Origin: an uncultured Acidobacteriota bacterium
GTDB taxonomy: Bacteria > Acidobacteriota > Vicinamibacteria > Fen-336
DNA: 64,000 nt
NCBI GenBank assembly: GCA_963703985.1
Contig: CAVPGH010000001.1
Span: 1,122,746-1,186,745 of the forward strand
Direction: 5' to 3'
The notes under the pieces were generated by a model, which worked only from the letters and a program-made list of their open reading frames with translations, searched no databases and was not told the origin of the DNA. Below are positions 37,757 through 45,551 of the stretch, piece after piece (positions within the stretch are counted from its first letter, which is position 1; each line of letters begins with the position of its first letter). The position numbers and the translations under genes are program-made.

Positions 37757-40546
37757 TCACCGAACCAGTGACGGCCAGTTGATGATGACGTGTATCCGCC
37801 TGCCGGCGTCCTTCTCGACGGGGACCTTCATGAGAAAGCGCTGGCCGTCGGCGGTCACCGCGTAGTCGTAGTAGTCGGGTGCGAATCGGCCCGCCTCGAA
37901 CAGGGCCGTGGGGAGTCCCACCTCGATGCGTGCCTCTCCCGGCCGGACGTCCACTGCCATCAGCCGCCCGTCGGTCGACAGATAGAAGAGCTCCTTCCCG
38001 TCGCCTCGCCACTTCGGCTGACCGCCCCCCTCGGGGGAGACGCGCAGTTTCTCCCCGGCCCGACGGAAGGGCTGGACGTAGACCTCCCAGCGCCCCGACT
38101 CCTCCGAGATGTAGGCCAGCCATCGACCGTCTGGAGAGACCTGGGGCTGGTCGATCCGGAAGCCGGTGTTCAGGAGGGGCTCCGGCTTACCGCCCCCCTT
38201 CAGGGGCAGCGCCCAGGTGGCCTCTTTCCCCGCATCGTTGGTGACGTAGACGAGGAACCTCCCGTCCCCCGACCAGCTTTTCACGTACACATCGACGGGA
38301 GATTCCAGGAGGAGCGACTCGGTCTCGTTGGCCGACAGGCTCTTTCGGACGATGTCCCTCCGGCCGTTGCGGTCCCGCGCGAAGACCAGCTCGCGCCCGT
38401 CCGGAGACCACACGGGGTCCATTTCGCTAGCGGGATCGAACGTCAGGCGGCTCGCCACCGCCCGCGCCAACTCGATCAGCCAGATGTCGTTGTTCCCCTC
38501 CGCGTCCGGGATCTCCACTGCGACGCGTCGCTCGTCGGGAGAGAGGACGATCTGACCGTACGCTGCGGGCTTTCCGACGTTGCCGAGCCTCCCTCCCTTC
38601 CGGTCGAGCCACGCGAGCTGGTGGTTGCTTTCGCCCCGCGCCATGTAGGCCAAGACACCACCCGCCGACGCCGAGAACCAGCCCCAGCTAGGGACGTAAG
38701 CGAAGGAATCCACGGACTGAGCGACGGGGACCGCCTCACCCTTCGCCTCCAGGCGCTTCCAATCGAAAGACTGGGCCAGGAGCGTGTTCTCGCGGACAAA
38801 AAGCAGCCGCCCAGGCGGGGCGTACTCGAAGCGCCCACCCTGGGCCAGGATGCGCCGCCGCTCCCCCGGTGAATCGAGGGAGGCGGCGTGGAGGCCGCCG
38901 CTCTCCGGTCGCGGGCTGCCGACCATGAAGAGGAACCGGCGCCCGTCGGGAAGGAACCAAGGCATCGTATGGCCGGTCTCTCCCCGCGACTGGTCCAGGG
39001 TCGTCAGGGGCTTCGCCTCTCCCCCGTTCGCCGCCACCGCGAAGAGCCGCGACGCACTGCTACCGCCGGACGCGAACACGATGGTCCCCGACGGACTCCA
39101 GGTGCCGCCAGCGATCCCGGTCAGGGGGAGCGGACACACCTTCTGCGCGGCCCCGCCGGAGAGGATGATCCGCTTCAGCTCCGGACCGGCGAAGAACGCG
39201 ACGGACCCGCTGTCGGGAGACCAGAAGGGCGATTCGGCTCCCTCAGTTCCGGGCACAGGCCGGGCCGCGGGCGACTCCAGGGGCCGGATCCATAGGAGGC
39301 TCTGGTTGCCGTTCGGAGGTCTAGCCGTGAACGCGAGAAAGCGTCCATCCGGCGAGATCGCCAACGGGTCGAAGCCCGAGAAGGACACTCCATCGGGCAT
39401 CTCGATGACGAAGTGGGCGGCCGGCCGGACCGCGGGGACCTGGGCAAAGTGCAGTAACGCGAGGAGAGCCGCGAGCCCGCTGCTCACCAGCGCGACCGCG
39501 GCCCAGGCCCACCTCTCGCGGATCCGACGGCGCTCCGCCGCTCGCGGCACAGCCGTGCCCGGTGTGGCCGACTCCAGGTCCTCCGGAACCCCAGCGAGAA
39601 CGTCGGACAGCTCGAGCCGGGCATCTCCGATATCCTGGAGCCTCTCCCGGGGCCGCTTGCGGAGGCAGCGCCGGAGGAGCTTGGCGATCGCGGGCGGGCA
39701 GTCGGCGGGCAGGCGCTCCCACGACGGCTCCTCCTTGATCACAGAGGCGAGGATCTCGGAGACGGTCTCACCGGTGAAGAGCGCCCGGCCCGTGAGCATC
39801 TCGAAGAGGACGACCCCGAATGCCCAGATGTCCGCCCGTTTGTCGACGGTCTTGCCGCTCGCCTGCTCCGGGGGCATGTAGGCGGCGGTGCCCAGGATGA
39901 CCCCGGCCAGGGTCCCGGAGCGCGCGAGCGTCGGCGACTGCGAGAGATCGGCCGAGGACGCTCCGGTCCCCGTGTCGCCTGCGTACGCCTTGGCCAGGCC
40001 GAAGTCCAGCACCTTCACCTTGCCGTCCGACGTCAGCTTCACGTTGGCCGGCTTCAAGTCCCGGTGCACGATGCCCTTGGCGTGGGCATCCTCCAGTGCC
40101 TCCGCGATCTGCTTCGCGATCTCGAGCGCCTCGTCGACGGGAATCGGCCCTCGCTTCAGCCGCACCGCGAGGTCCTCGCCCTCGACCAGCTCCAGCACGA
40201 GGAACGGTTGCGCGCCCTCCTCCTCGAGACCGTGGATGGCGGCGATGTTCGGATGGTTCAGCGCGGCGAGCAGGTGCGCCTCGCGTCCGAAGCGGGCAAG
40301 GCGCTCGGGGTCCTGCGCGACCTCGACCGTCAGCACCTTGATCGCCACGTCGCGGCCGAGCTTCGTGTCCCTCGCGCGGTAGACCTCGCCCATCCCTCCC
40401 GCCCCGAGAGGCGAGAGGAGCTCATACGGCCCGAGACGTTGACCCGCCGACAGCCTCACGCCGCTTCCTTTTGATGATTGCGAGTTATCGGATTGTAGCC
40501 GAACGGCCAAGGCAGGACCTGCCCTATCCAGGCCCCGACCTCCCAC
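37757..40546 (-). CDS. Ser/Thr protein kinase with C-terminal TolB-like beta-propeller
   Basis: Hanks kinase motifs (GAGGMGEVYRA, HRDLKPANV, DFGLA); TM segment; repeated WSPDG propeller blades. Confidence 0.8.
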   Translation of the reverse strand: MGGRGLDRAGPALAVRLQSDNSQSSKGSGVRLSAGQRLGPYELLSPLGAGGMGEVYRARDTKLGRDVAIKVLTVEVAQDPERLARFGREAHLLAALNHPNIAAIHGLEEEGAQPFLVLELVEGEDLAVRLKRGPIPVDEALEIAKQIAEALEDAHAKGIVHRDLKPANVKLTSDGKVKVLDFGLAKAYAGDTGTGASSADLSQSPTLARSGTLAGVILGTAAYMPPEQASGKTVDKRADIWAFGVVLFEMLTGRALFTGETVSEILASVIKEEPSWERLPADCPPAIAKLLRRCLRKRPRERLQDIGDARLELSDVLAGVPEDLESATPGTAVPRAAERRRIRERWAWAAVALVSSGLAALLALLHFAQVPAVRPAAHFVIEMPDGVSFSGFDPLAISPDGRFLAFTARPPNGNQSLLWIRPLESPAARPVPGTEGAESPFWSPDSGSVAFFAGPELKRIILSGGAAQKVCPLPLTGIAGGTWSPSGTIVFASGGSSASRLFAVAANGGEAKPLTTLDQSRGETGHTMPWFLPDGRRFLFMVGSPRPESGGLHAASLDSPGERRRILAQGGRFEYAPPGRLLFVRENTLLAQSFDWKRLEAKGEAVPVAQSVDSFAYVPSWGWFSASAGGVLAYMARGESNHQLAWLDRKGGRLGNVGKPAAYGQIVLSPDERRVAVEIPDAEGNNDIWLIELARAVASRLTFDPASEMDPVWSPDGRELVFARDRNGRRDIVRKSLSANETESLLLESPVDVYVKSWSGDGRFLVYVTNDAGKEATWALPLKGGGKPEPLLNTGFRIDQPQVSPDGRWLAYISEESGRWEVYVQPFRRAGEKLRVSPEGGGQPKWRGDGKELFYLSTDGRLMAVDVRPGEARIEVGLPTALFEAGRFAPDYYDYAVTADGQRFLMKVPVEKDAGRRIHVIINWPSLVR

Positions 40547-40656
40547 CCGGGATGCGCGGAGCGCCGGTTGCCACCCTGGCGCCGCTCGACCTATGATGCG
40601 GCCTTCCCAGTTGACAAGACGTTTCGCGCGCCGCTTCCGCGGCGAAAGGAGTATGC

Positions 40657-41418
40657 ATGCGAAGGACGATCTGGCTCCTCACGGGAGCCATCGCGTTGCC
40701 CCTGTCGGTCCAGGCCGCGGAGCCCGCCGGCGCCGCGGCCCGCGTGTTCGCCAGCCAGGCCAAACCGGGGATGAACGCCCAGCTCGAGGCGGGTCGCAAG
40801 CGCCACATGGAGTGGCACCGCAAGCAGAACGACACCTGGGCGTGGCTGACCTGGGAGGTCGAGACGGGCGACCGCACCGGGACCTACCTCACGGGGACAT
40901 TCGCGCACCAGTGGAAGGACTTCGACGAGTGGGAAGCCAAGCTCGGCAAGGGCGACACCGCGGACGGGGCCCTCAACCTCGTGCCCTTCGTGGGATCCCA
41001 GACCAACGGGTTCTACATGATGCTCCCCGATGCGAGCCGCCCGAGCGCAAGCGCGGAGCCCTCGCCCATGAGCGAGCTGAACCATTACCTGCTCAAGATG
41101 GGCACGGAGGAGGAATTCCTCAGCACGATGAAGAAGATCCACGAGGCGATCGGGAAGAGCACCTGGCAGGTCAACTACACCTGGTACCAGCTCGTCGACG
41201 GCGGCGAGCACCCGTCCTTCGTGCTGGCCTTTCCGATGAAGGGGTTCGCGGACATGGCTCCCCCCGACCCTCCGTTCCCCGCGATGCTCGAGAAGGCCGT
41301 CGGCCGGCACGACGCCGAGGAGCTGATGAAGTCCGTCGATCGCTGCGTGAAGTCCGTGCGGACCGAGATCGTGCGCTACCGGCCCGACCTGTCGTACCTG
41401 CCGACGCCCGCGAAGTAG
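40657..41418 (+). CDS. hypothetical secreted protein (two internal ~100-aa repeats)
   Basis: Signal peptide MRRTIWLLTGAIALPLSVQAA; no family recognised. Confidence 0.5.
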   Translation: MRRTIWLLTGAIALPLSVQAAEPAGAAARVFASQAKPGMNAQLEAGRKRHMEWHRKQNDTWAWLTWEVETGDRTGTYLTGTFAHQWKDFDEWEAKLGKGDTADGALNLVPFVGSQTNGFYMMLPDASRPSASAEPSPMSELNHYLLKMGTEEEFLSTMKKIHEAIGKSTWQVNYTWYQLVDGGEHPSFVLAFPMKGFADMAPPDPPFPAMLEKAVGRHDAEELMKSVDRCVKSVRTEIVRYRPDLSYLPTPAK

Positions 41419-41483
41419 GCCCGCTTCGGCCGACGGGCGGGACCGAGCCGTCCCGCCCGTCGTGGTTTGCCCCCTCGCTACCG

Positions 41484-41580
41484 CTCGCCCTCCAGGACCA
41501 CGACCACCCGGTCCGCTATCGGAACATCCGGGTCCGGGAGATGGCGGGTGGGAGCGGCAGGTACCGTAACGCGGGAGGGC
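41484..41580 (+). repeat. orphan copy of the 3' end (+ ~30 nt downstream) of the DUF1080 gene at 24627-24723
   Basis: About 97 nt at roughly 87% identity to 24627-24723, including the coding tail LALQDHDHPVRYRNI(W/R)VRE and the downstream non-coding sequence; stop codon lost (GAGTAG to GAGATG); no upstream DUF1080 body. Confidence 0.55.
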
Positions 41581-41598
41581 CAGGGCCCGGCCTCCGTC

Positions 41599-42252
41599 TC
41601 AGGCCGGGACGAGGCGATCGAACGTGTCGAGAGGCAGGTCGGCCAGGCTCTCGACTACCACATCGGCTTCGAGAACTCCGAAGTGCGCCGACCGCACGCC
41701 GATCGTCCGCATACCGCCGCGTCGGCCCGCGAGGAGGCCCGCCGGCGCGTCCTCGACCACGACCGCGCGCTCGGGGTGGACCCCGACCCGCCGTGCGGCG
41801 GTGAGGAAGATCGCCGGATCCGGCTTGCCGGCGCTCACGTCCTCGGCCCCGAGCACCGCGTCGAAGAACGCGCTGAGGCCCACGACGGGCAGCACGGCCT
41901 CGGGATTCGCGCGCGGGGCCGACGTGGCCACGGCCTGCCGCCAGCCCGCCCGCTTGAGCCGCGGCAACCACTCCGCCGCGCCGGGCAGGAGCTCGAGCCC
42001 CTGCTCCCGCACCAGCTGCCGGTAGAGCTCTTCCTTCTCGTCGCCGATCCGCAGGATCTTGGCCTCGCTCACGCTCTCGCCCAGCAGCCCGCGGATGATG
42101 GTGTCGTTGCGCTTGCCGAACGACTCGGTGAAACGCTGCCGATTCATCGGGTGACCGAGCTTCTCGGCGGTCAAGCTCCAGGCTTGGAAGTGCTGCTCGC
42201 CCGAGTCCACGAGCGTCCCGTCGAGATCCCACAGAACCGCGCGAAGGGCCAT
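41599..42252 (-). CDS. HAD-superfamily hydrolase (beta-phosphoglucomutase-like)
   Basis: True start MALRAVLWDLDGTLVDS at 42252 (DxDGT motif I); motif III/IV KPDP...VVEDA.AG. Confidence 0.75.
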   Translation of the reverse strand: MALRAVLWDLDGTLVDSGEQHFQAWSLTAEKLGHPMNRQRFTESFGKRNDTIIRGLLGESVSEAKILRIGDEKEELYRQLVREQGLELLPGAAEWLPRLKRAGWRQAVATSAPRANPEAVLPVVGLSAFFDAVLGAEDVSAGKPDPAIFLTAARRVGVHPERAVVVEDAPAGLLAGRRGGMRTIGVRSAHFGVLEADVVVESLADLPLDTFDRLVPA

Positions 42253-42342
42253 GTCGCATCTATGGTATGTCCTCCACCGACCCTTCCGCGGTCGAGTGAC
42301 TGAAGCGGCCGCGGCGGGGGCCCGTGGCCGGCCGAGAGACCC

Positions 42343-42813
42343 ATGACCCAGGGCGTGCCGAGTCGCTACGAATGGGCGGGCGGAATGCCCGCGCTGGAGC
42401 GCCTGACCACCCGGTTTTACGAGCGCGTCGCGAGCGACGCGCTCCTGGGGCCGGTCTTCGCGGAGATGGATCGTCACCACCCCCGCTTCGTGGCGCAATT
42501 TCTCGCGGAGGTGCTCGGCGGGCCAAAGGCGTACTCGGCGGAGCGCGGCGGCCATCCTCACATGGCGGGGCGCCACCTGCATCGTCACCTCACGCAGGAG
42601 CAGCGCTCCCACTGGGTACGGCTGCTCCTCGACACCGCCGACGAGGTAGGCCTCCCCGACGATCCCGAGTTCCGGTCCGCCTTCGTGTCCTACCTCGAGT
42701 GGGGATCGCGGCTCGCCGTCATCAACTCGCAGCCGGGAGCAGCCGTAGATCCCGAGGCGCCGATGCCGCACTGGGGCTGGGGGGAGGTCGGCGGGCCCTA
42801 CGTGAAGAAGTGA
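42343..42813 (+). CDS. truncated-hemoglobin-family globin
   Basis: 156 aa; trHb-like helices (RFYERVASDALLGPVFAEMDRHHPRFVAQFLAEVLGGPKAYS...HPHMAGRHLHRHLT). Confidence 0.6.
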   Translation: MTQGVPSRYEWAGGMPALERLTTRFYERVASDALLGPVFAEMDRHHPRFVAQFLAEVLGGPKAYSAERGGHPHMAGRHLHRHLTQEQRSHWVRLLLDTADEVGLPDDPEFRSAFVSYLEWGSRLAVINSQPGAAVDPEAPMPHWGWGEVGGPYVKK

Positions 42814-42895
42814 AGCGCCCCTAAGCTGGCGGCGCACCGAGTCCGGGCGCGTTCCCGCGTCAATCCCCTTCCACCTCACCGGTGACTTCCCCGGA

Positions 42896-44203
42896 CTACA
42901 GATAGCTGAGCCAACAGCGAGAGGCCTGGTGGCTTGTCTTGTAGGCGGCGAACCACCGGCAGCAGGGATACAAGGCGAGCACAACCCCGAGCCACACGAG
43001 GTACACCGTCGACAGGCTGAGACCGTAGCCCTTGAGCGCAGCCGCGTCGTTGACGCCGCCCGCGAGGATCATGTCACTCACACGGTAGCCGGTCGCGCTC
43101 GCCGCGATGGTGGCCACGACGTGAATCAGGAGGATGTGAGCCATGTAGAAGAACAGGGGGACCTTTCCGAAGGTCACCATCCAGCGGGTCAGGCGGCCCA
43201 AGGGCTTTTCCGCGAGGGCCAGACCGACGAGTGCCGGTCCCAGCGTCATCAACGTGTACAGGAGCGATGGCGGATACTTGGTCACGTTGAGGAACGCGAG
43301 GAGGCTGAAGAGATCCGACTCCTGTGGCGACCACGGCGCGGGATCCCCGTAAAGATTTCCCGCCCGGACCAGGACGAACAGTCCCGTCGCGAGGAGGCCG
43401 GCCAGCAGCAAGCCCCGTCTTCTCGTCTCGGGTCGGCACTGCCCGCCGTACCATGGCCCGCAGCAATAGCCAAGGGCCATGATCCCGATCCAAGGCAGCA
43501 GCGGATAGTGCACGCAAACCACGGTCCAGCCCAGCTCGAAGCGTCCCATCTCGTGTAGGACGGCCCAAAGGAACGCGGACACGCCGCCGCCCGGAACGTG
43601 CACTCGATCGAGGAGGTTGTGACCGGCGACCAGCGCGACGGCGACGAGGAGCAGGAGTTGCCTGTCGAGGTGAATCAGCGCGGACATCACGATCATCCCG
43701 ACGCCGATCGCCCAGATCACCTGCAGGTTGAAGTATGGGTAGGCCGGGTTGAATGTCCTGCACAGCGACACCGCAAACAGCTCGAGGCATGCGAGCCAGG
43801 CGCCCCGGGTGGCCAGAAAGAGGGAGAGCTCCTTCCGGCTCTTCCGTGAGCCGTGCAAGTAGGCGGCCAGACCGGCGAGAAAGACGAATACCGGCGCACA
43901 GTAGTGCGTGATCCACCGGGTAAGGAAGAGAGCGGCCGTCGTGCGCGCCAAGTCAGTGGGGTCGTATAAGAAGGCATCGGCGTGGAAGTAGTCGCGGACG
44001 TGATCCAGGGTCATGAGGACTATGACCGCGCCCCGCAGCAGGTCGATGGAGTCGATGCGCACCCTCCTCGTGAGCGCGTCGCCGTGACTCGGTGCGATGC
44101 GTTCATGTGTCGATGCCAAGGCCGCAACAACATCGCCTTCGAGATGGGCGGGGGTGGAGATCAGTGCCAGGCGCCGGCGGTGGTCATCCTGCTCGCGAAG
44201 CAT
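42896..44203 (-). CDS. DUF1624/acyltransferase-3-like polytopic membrane protein
   Basis: RIDSIDLLRGAVIVLMTLDHVRDYF N-terminal motif of HGSNAT-like DUF1624 proteins; about 10 TM helices. Start taken as ATG 44203 (MLREQ...), which leaves the AT-rich LysR-box intergenic region free; the track start 44719 is not credible. Confidence 0.6.
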   Translation of the reverse strand: MLREQDDHRRRLALISTPAHLEGDVVAALASTHERIAPSHGDALTRRVRIDSIDLLRGAVIVLMTLDHVRDYFHADAFLYDPTDLARTTAALFLTRWITHYCAPVFVFLAGLAAYLHGSRKSRKELSLFLATRGAWLACLELFAVSLCRTFNPAYPYFNLQVIWAIGVGMIVMSALIHLDRQLLLLVAVALVAGHNLLDRVHVPGGGVSAFLWAVLHEMGRFELGWTVVCVHYPLLPWIGIMALGYCCGPWYGGQCRPETRRRGLLLAGLLATGLFVLVRAGNLYGDPAPWSPQESDLFSLLAFLNVTKYPPSLLYTLMTLGPALVGLALAEKPLGRLTRWMVTFGKVPLFFYMAHILLIHVVATIAASATGYRVSDMILAGGVNDAAALKGYGLSLSTVYLVWLGVVLALYPCCRWFAAYKTSHQASRCWLSYL

Positions 44204-44249
44204 GCCCCATGGTGAGGTCCCGCCCAACGATAAGTCAAACAGCTTGTTG

Positions 44250-44264
44250 TTATCAATATGATAA
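44250..44264. promoter_or_regulatory. LysR-type operator palindrome in divergent intergenic region
   Basis: TTATCAATATGATAA is a perfect inverted repeat fitting T-N11-A, lying 13 nt upstream of the LysR ATG and between divergently transcribed genes; locally AT-rich. Confidence 0.45.
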
Positions 44265-44276
44265 GCTGTGGTGATC

Positions 44277-45206
44277 ATGGAACTACGCCATCTGAAGGGG
44301 TTCCTCGCCGTGGCTCGGCACGGCCACTTCACGCGGGCCGCCGGACAGCTGGGCCTGGCCCAGCCGGCGCTCTCGCAGCAGATTGCCCAGCTCGAGGAGG
44401 AGCTGGGGGTGGCGGTCTTCGAGCGCTCCCGGCGCGGGGCGCGGCTGACCGCGGCCGGCCAGTCGCTCGTCCGGCGGGCGGAGCGGATCTTCCTGGAGGT
44501 CGACGAGGCCCGCCGCGAGGCAGGGCGATATGCGAGCCTCGACCACGGACGCGTGGTGATCGGAACGATCTCGTCGATCGCGGTCCTGCGTCTGCCCGCG
44601 CTGTTGGCCCGGTTCCGGGCCCGCCACCCGGGCGTCGAAGTCGAGGTCCGCGAGGGCCACGTTGCGCGACTTCTGGAGCTGCTCGGATCGGGGGCGCTCG
44701 ATCTGGCGGTGGTCCACACGGGCTCTCTGAGAACGGGGCGGGTCGCACCGCCACCCGGGCGGGGGGGAGCGCAGATCTCGTGGGAGACGGCCTATTCCGA
44801 GGAGCTGGTGCTGATCGTGGGCCGCCGCCATCGACTGGCGCATGCGCGTGAGGTTCGATGGGTCGACCTGAGCGATGAAGCGTTCGTCATGTTCCATGAG
44901 GGCTCGATGCTGCGAGGCATCGTCGGGGCCGCCGCGGCGGTCGCGGGCTTCAGCGCGCGCATCGCGCTCGAGGTGGACGAGACCGCGACCGTGCGCTCGT
45001 TCGTCGCGGCCGGCCTCGGCGTGTCGGTGCTGCCGCGCTCCATGGCGGCGTCACCCGGTCCGCCGGTCGACCTCGTGCGCCTGGCCGTCCCCCGGCTCTT
45101 TCGGACCGTTCGCCTGGGCTGGCGGCGACAGGCAGACGCCAACCCCGCGGCGGTCGCCCTGGTCGACCTCCTCCGTTCGCAATTGGTCCGGCTTGGTCAA
45201 CCGTGA
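44277..45206 (+). CDS. LysR-family transcriptional regulator
   Basis: MELRHLKGFLAVARHGHFTRAAGQLGLAQPALSQQIAQLEEELGV HTH; LysR substrate-binding domain. Confidence 0.8.
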   Translation: MELRHLKGFLAVARHGHFTRAAGQLGLAQPALSQQIAQLEEELGVAVFERSRRGARLTAAGQSLVRRAERIFLEVDEARREAGRYASLDHGRVVIGTISSIAVLRLPALLARFRARHPGVEVEVREGHVARLLELLGSGALDLAVVHTGSLRTGRVAPPPGRGGAQISWETAYSEELVLIVGRRHRLAHAREVRWVDLSDEAFVMFHEGSMLRGIVGAAAAVAGFSARIALEVDETATVRSFVAAGLGVSVLPRSMAASPGPPVDLVRLAVPRLFRTVRLGWRRQADANPAAVALVDLLRSQLVRLGQP

Positions 45207-45264
45207 CTGGCGCAGCGGTCGACCCGCCCGACGGCGGCGGGAAGTCATTGAAGGGCCTGGTAGG

Positions 45265-45479
45265 GGTTGGCTCCTCAGGTAGGATTCGAACCGAGAATCA
45301 GCCTCCGACGCCAGCCGACTCGGACCCACGCGATCCTGACCCGGATGGCACTTAGCTCACTTCGCCTTCGGTCAGGCTTGACCCGATTCTCACCGAGAAG
45401 AGGGACAGTTGAGGGACAGTCAGGCCCGCGGCATTTCCCGAACGCTCAAGACTTCGTGCTCCGTCGCCTGCGCGAAGCC
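45265..45479. repeat. direct repeat copy 1 (about 215 bp; first 154 bp near-identical to copy 2) with tRNA-like T-loop/CCA motif on the minus strand
   Basis: 45265-45418 differs from 50015-50159 at 2 positions; minus strand reads ...GGTTCGAATCCTACCTGAGGAGCCA; the tail 45419-45479 is more diverged. Confidence 0.6.
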
Positions 45480-45551
45480 CCTCCTCGGGCGCGTCCTGCG
45501 TCAGAACCACGCGCCGGTACATTCGATGGGGACTCGCACCAGGGGCCTCTC

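Noticed and set aside
45265-45420. Possible tRNA or tmRNA gene on the minus strand, because of the GGTTCGAATCC...CCA motif
   Set aside because: No acceptor/T-stem pairing, D-arm or anticodon arm can be folded (122 nt between the only possible acceptor-complementary heptamer and the CCA); treated as a tRNA-derived repeat or att-like remnant instead.
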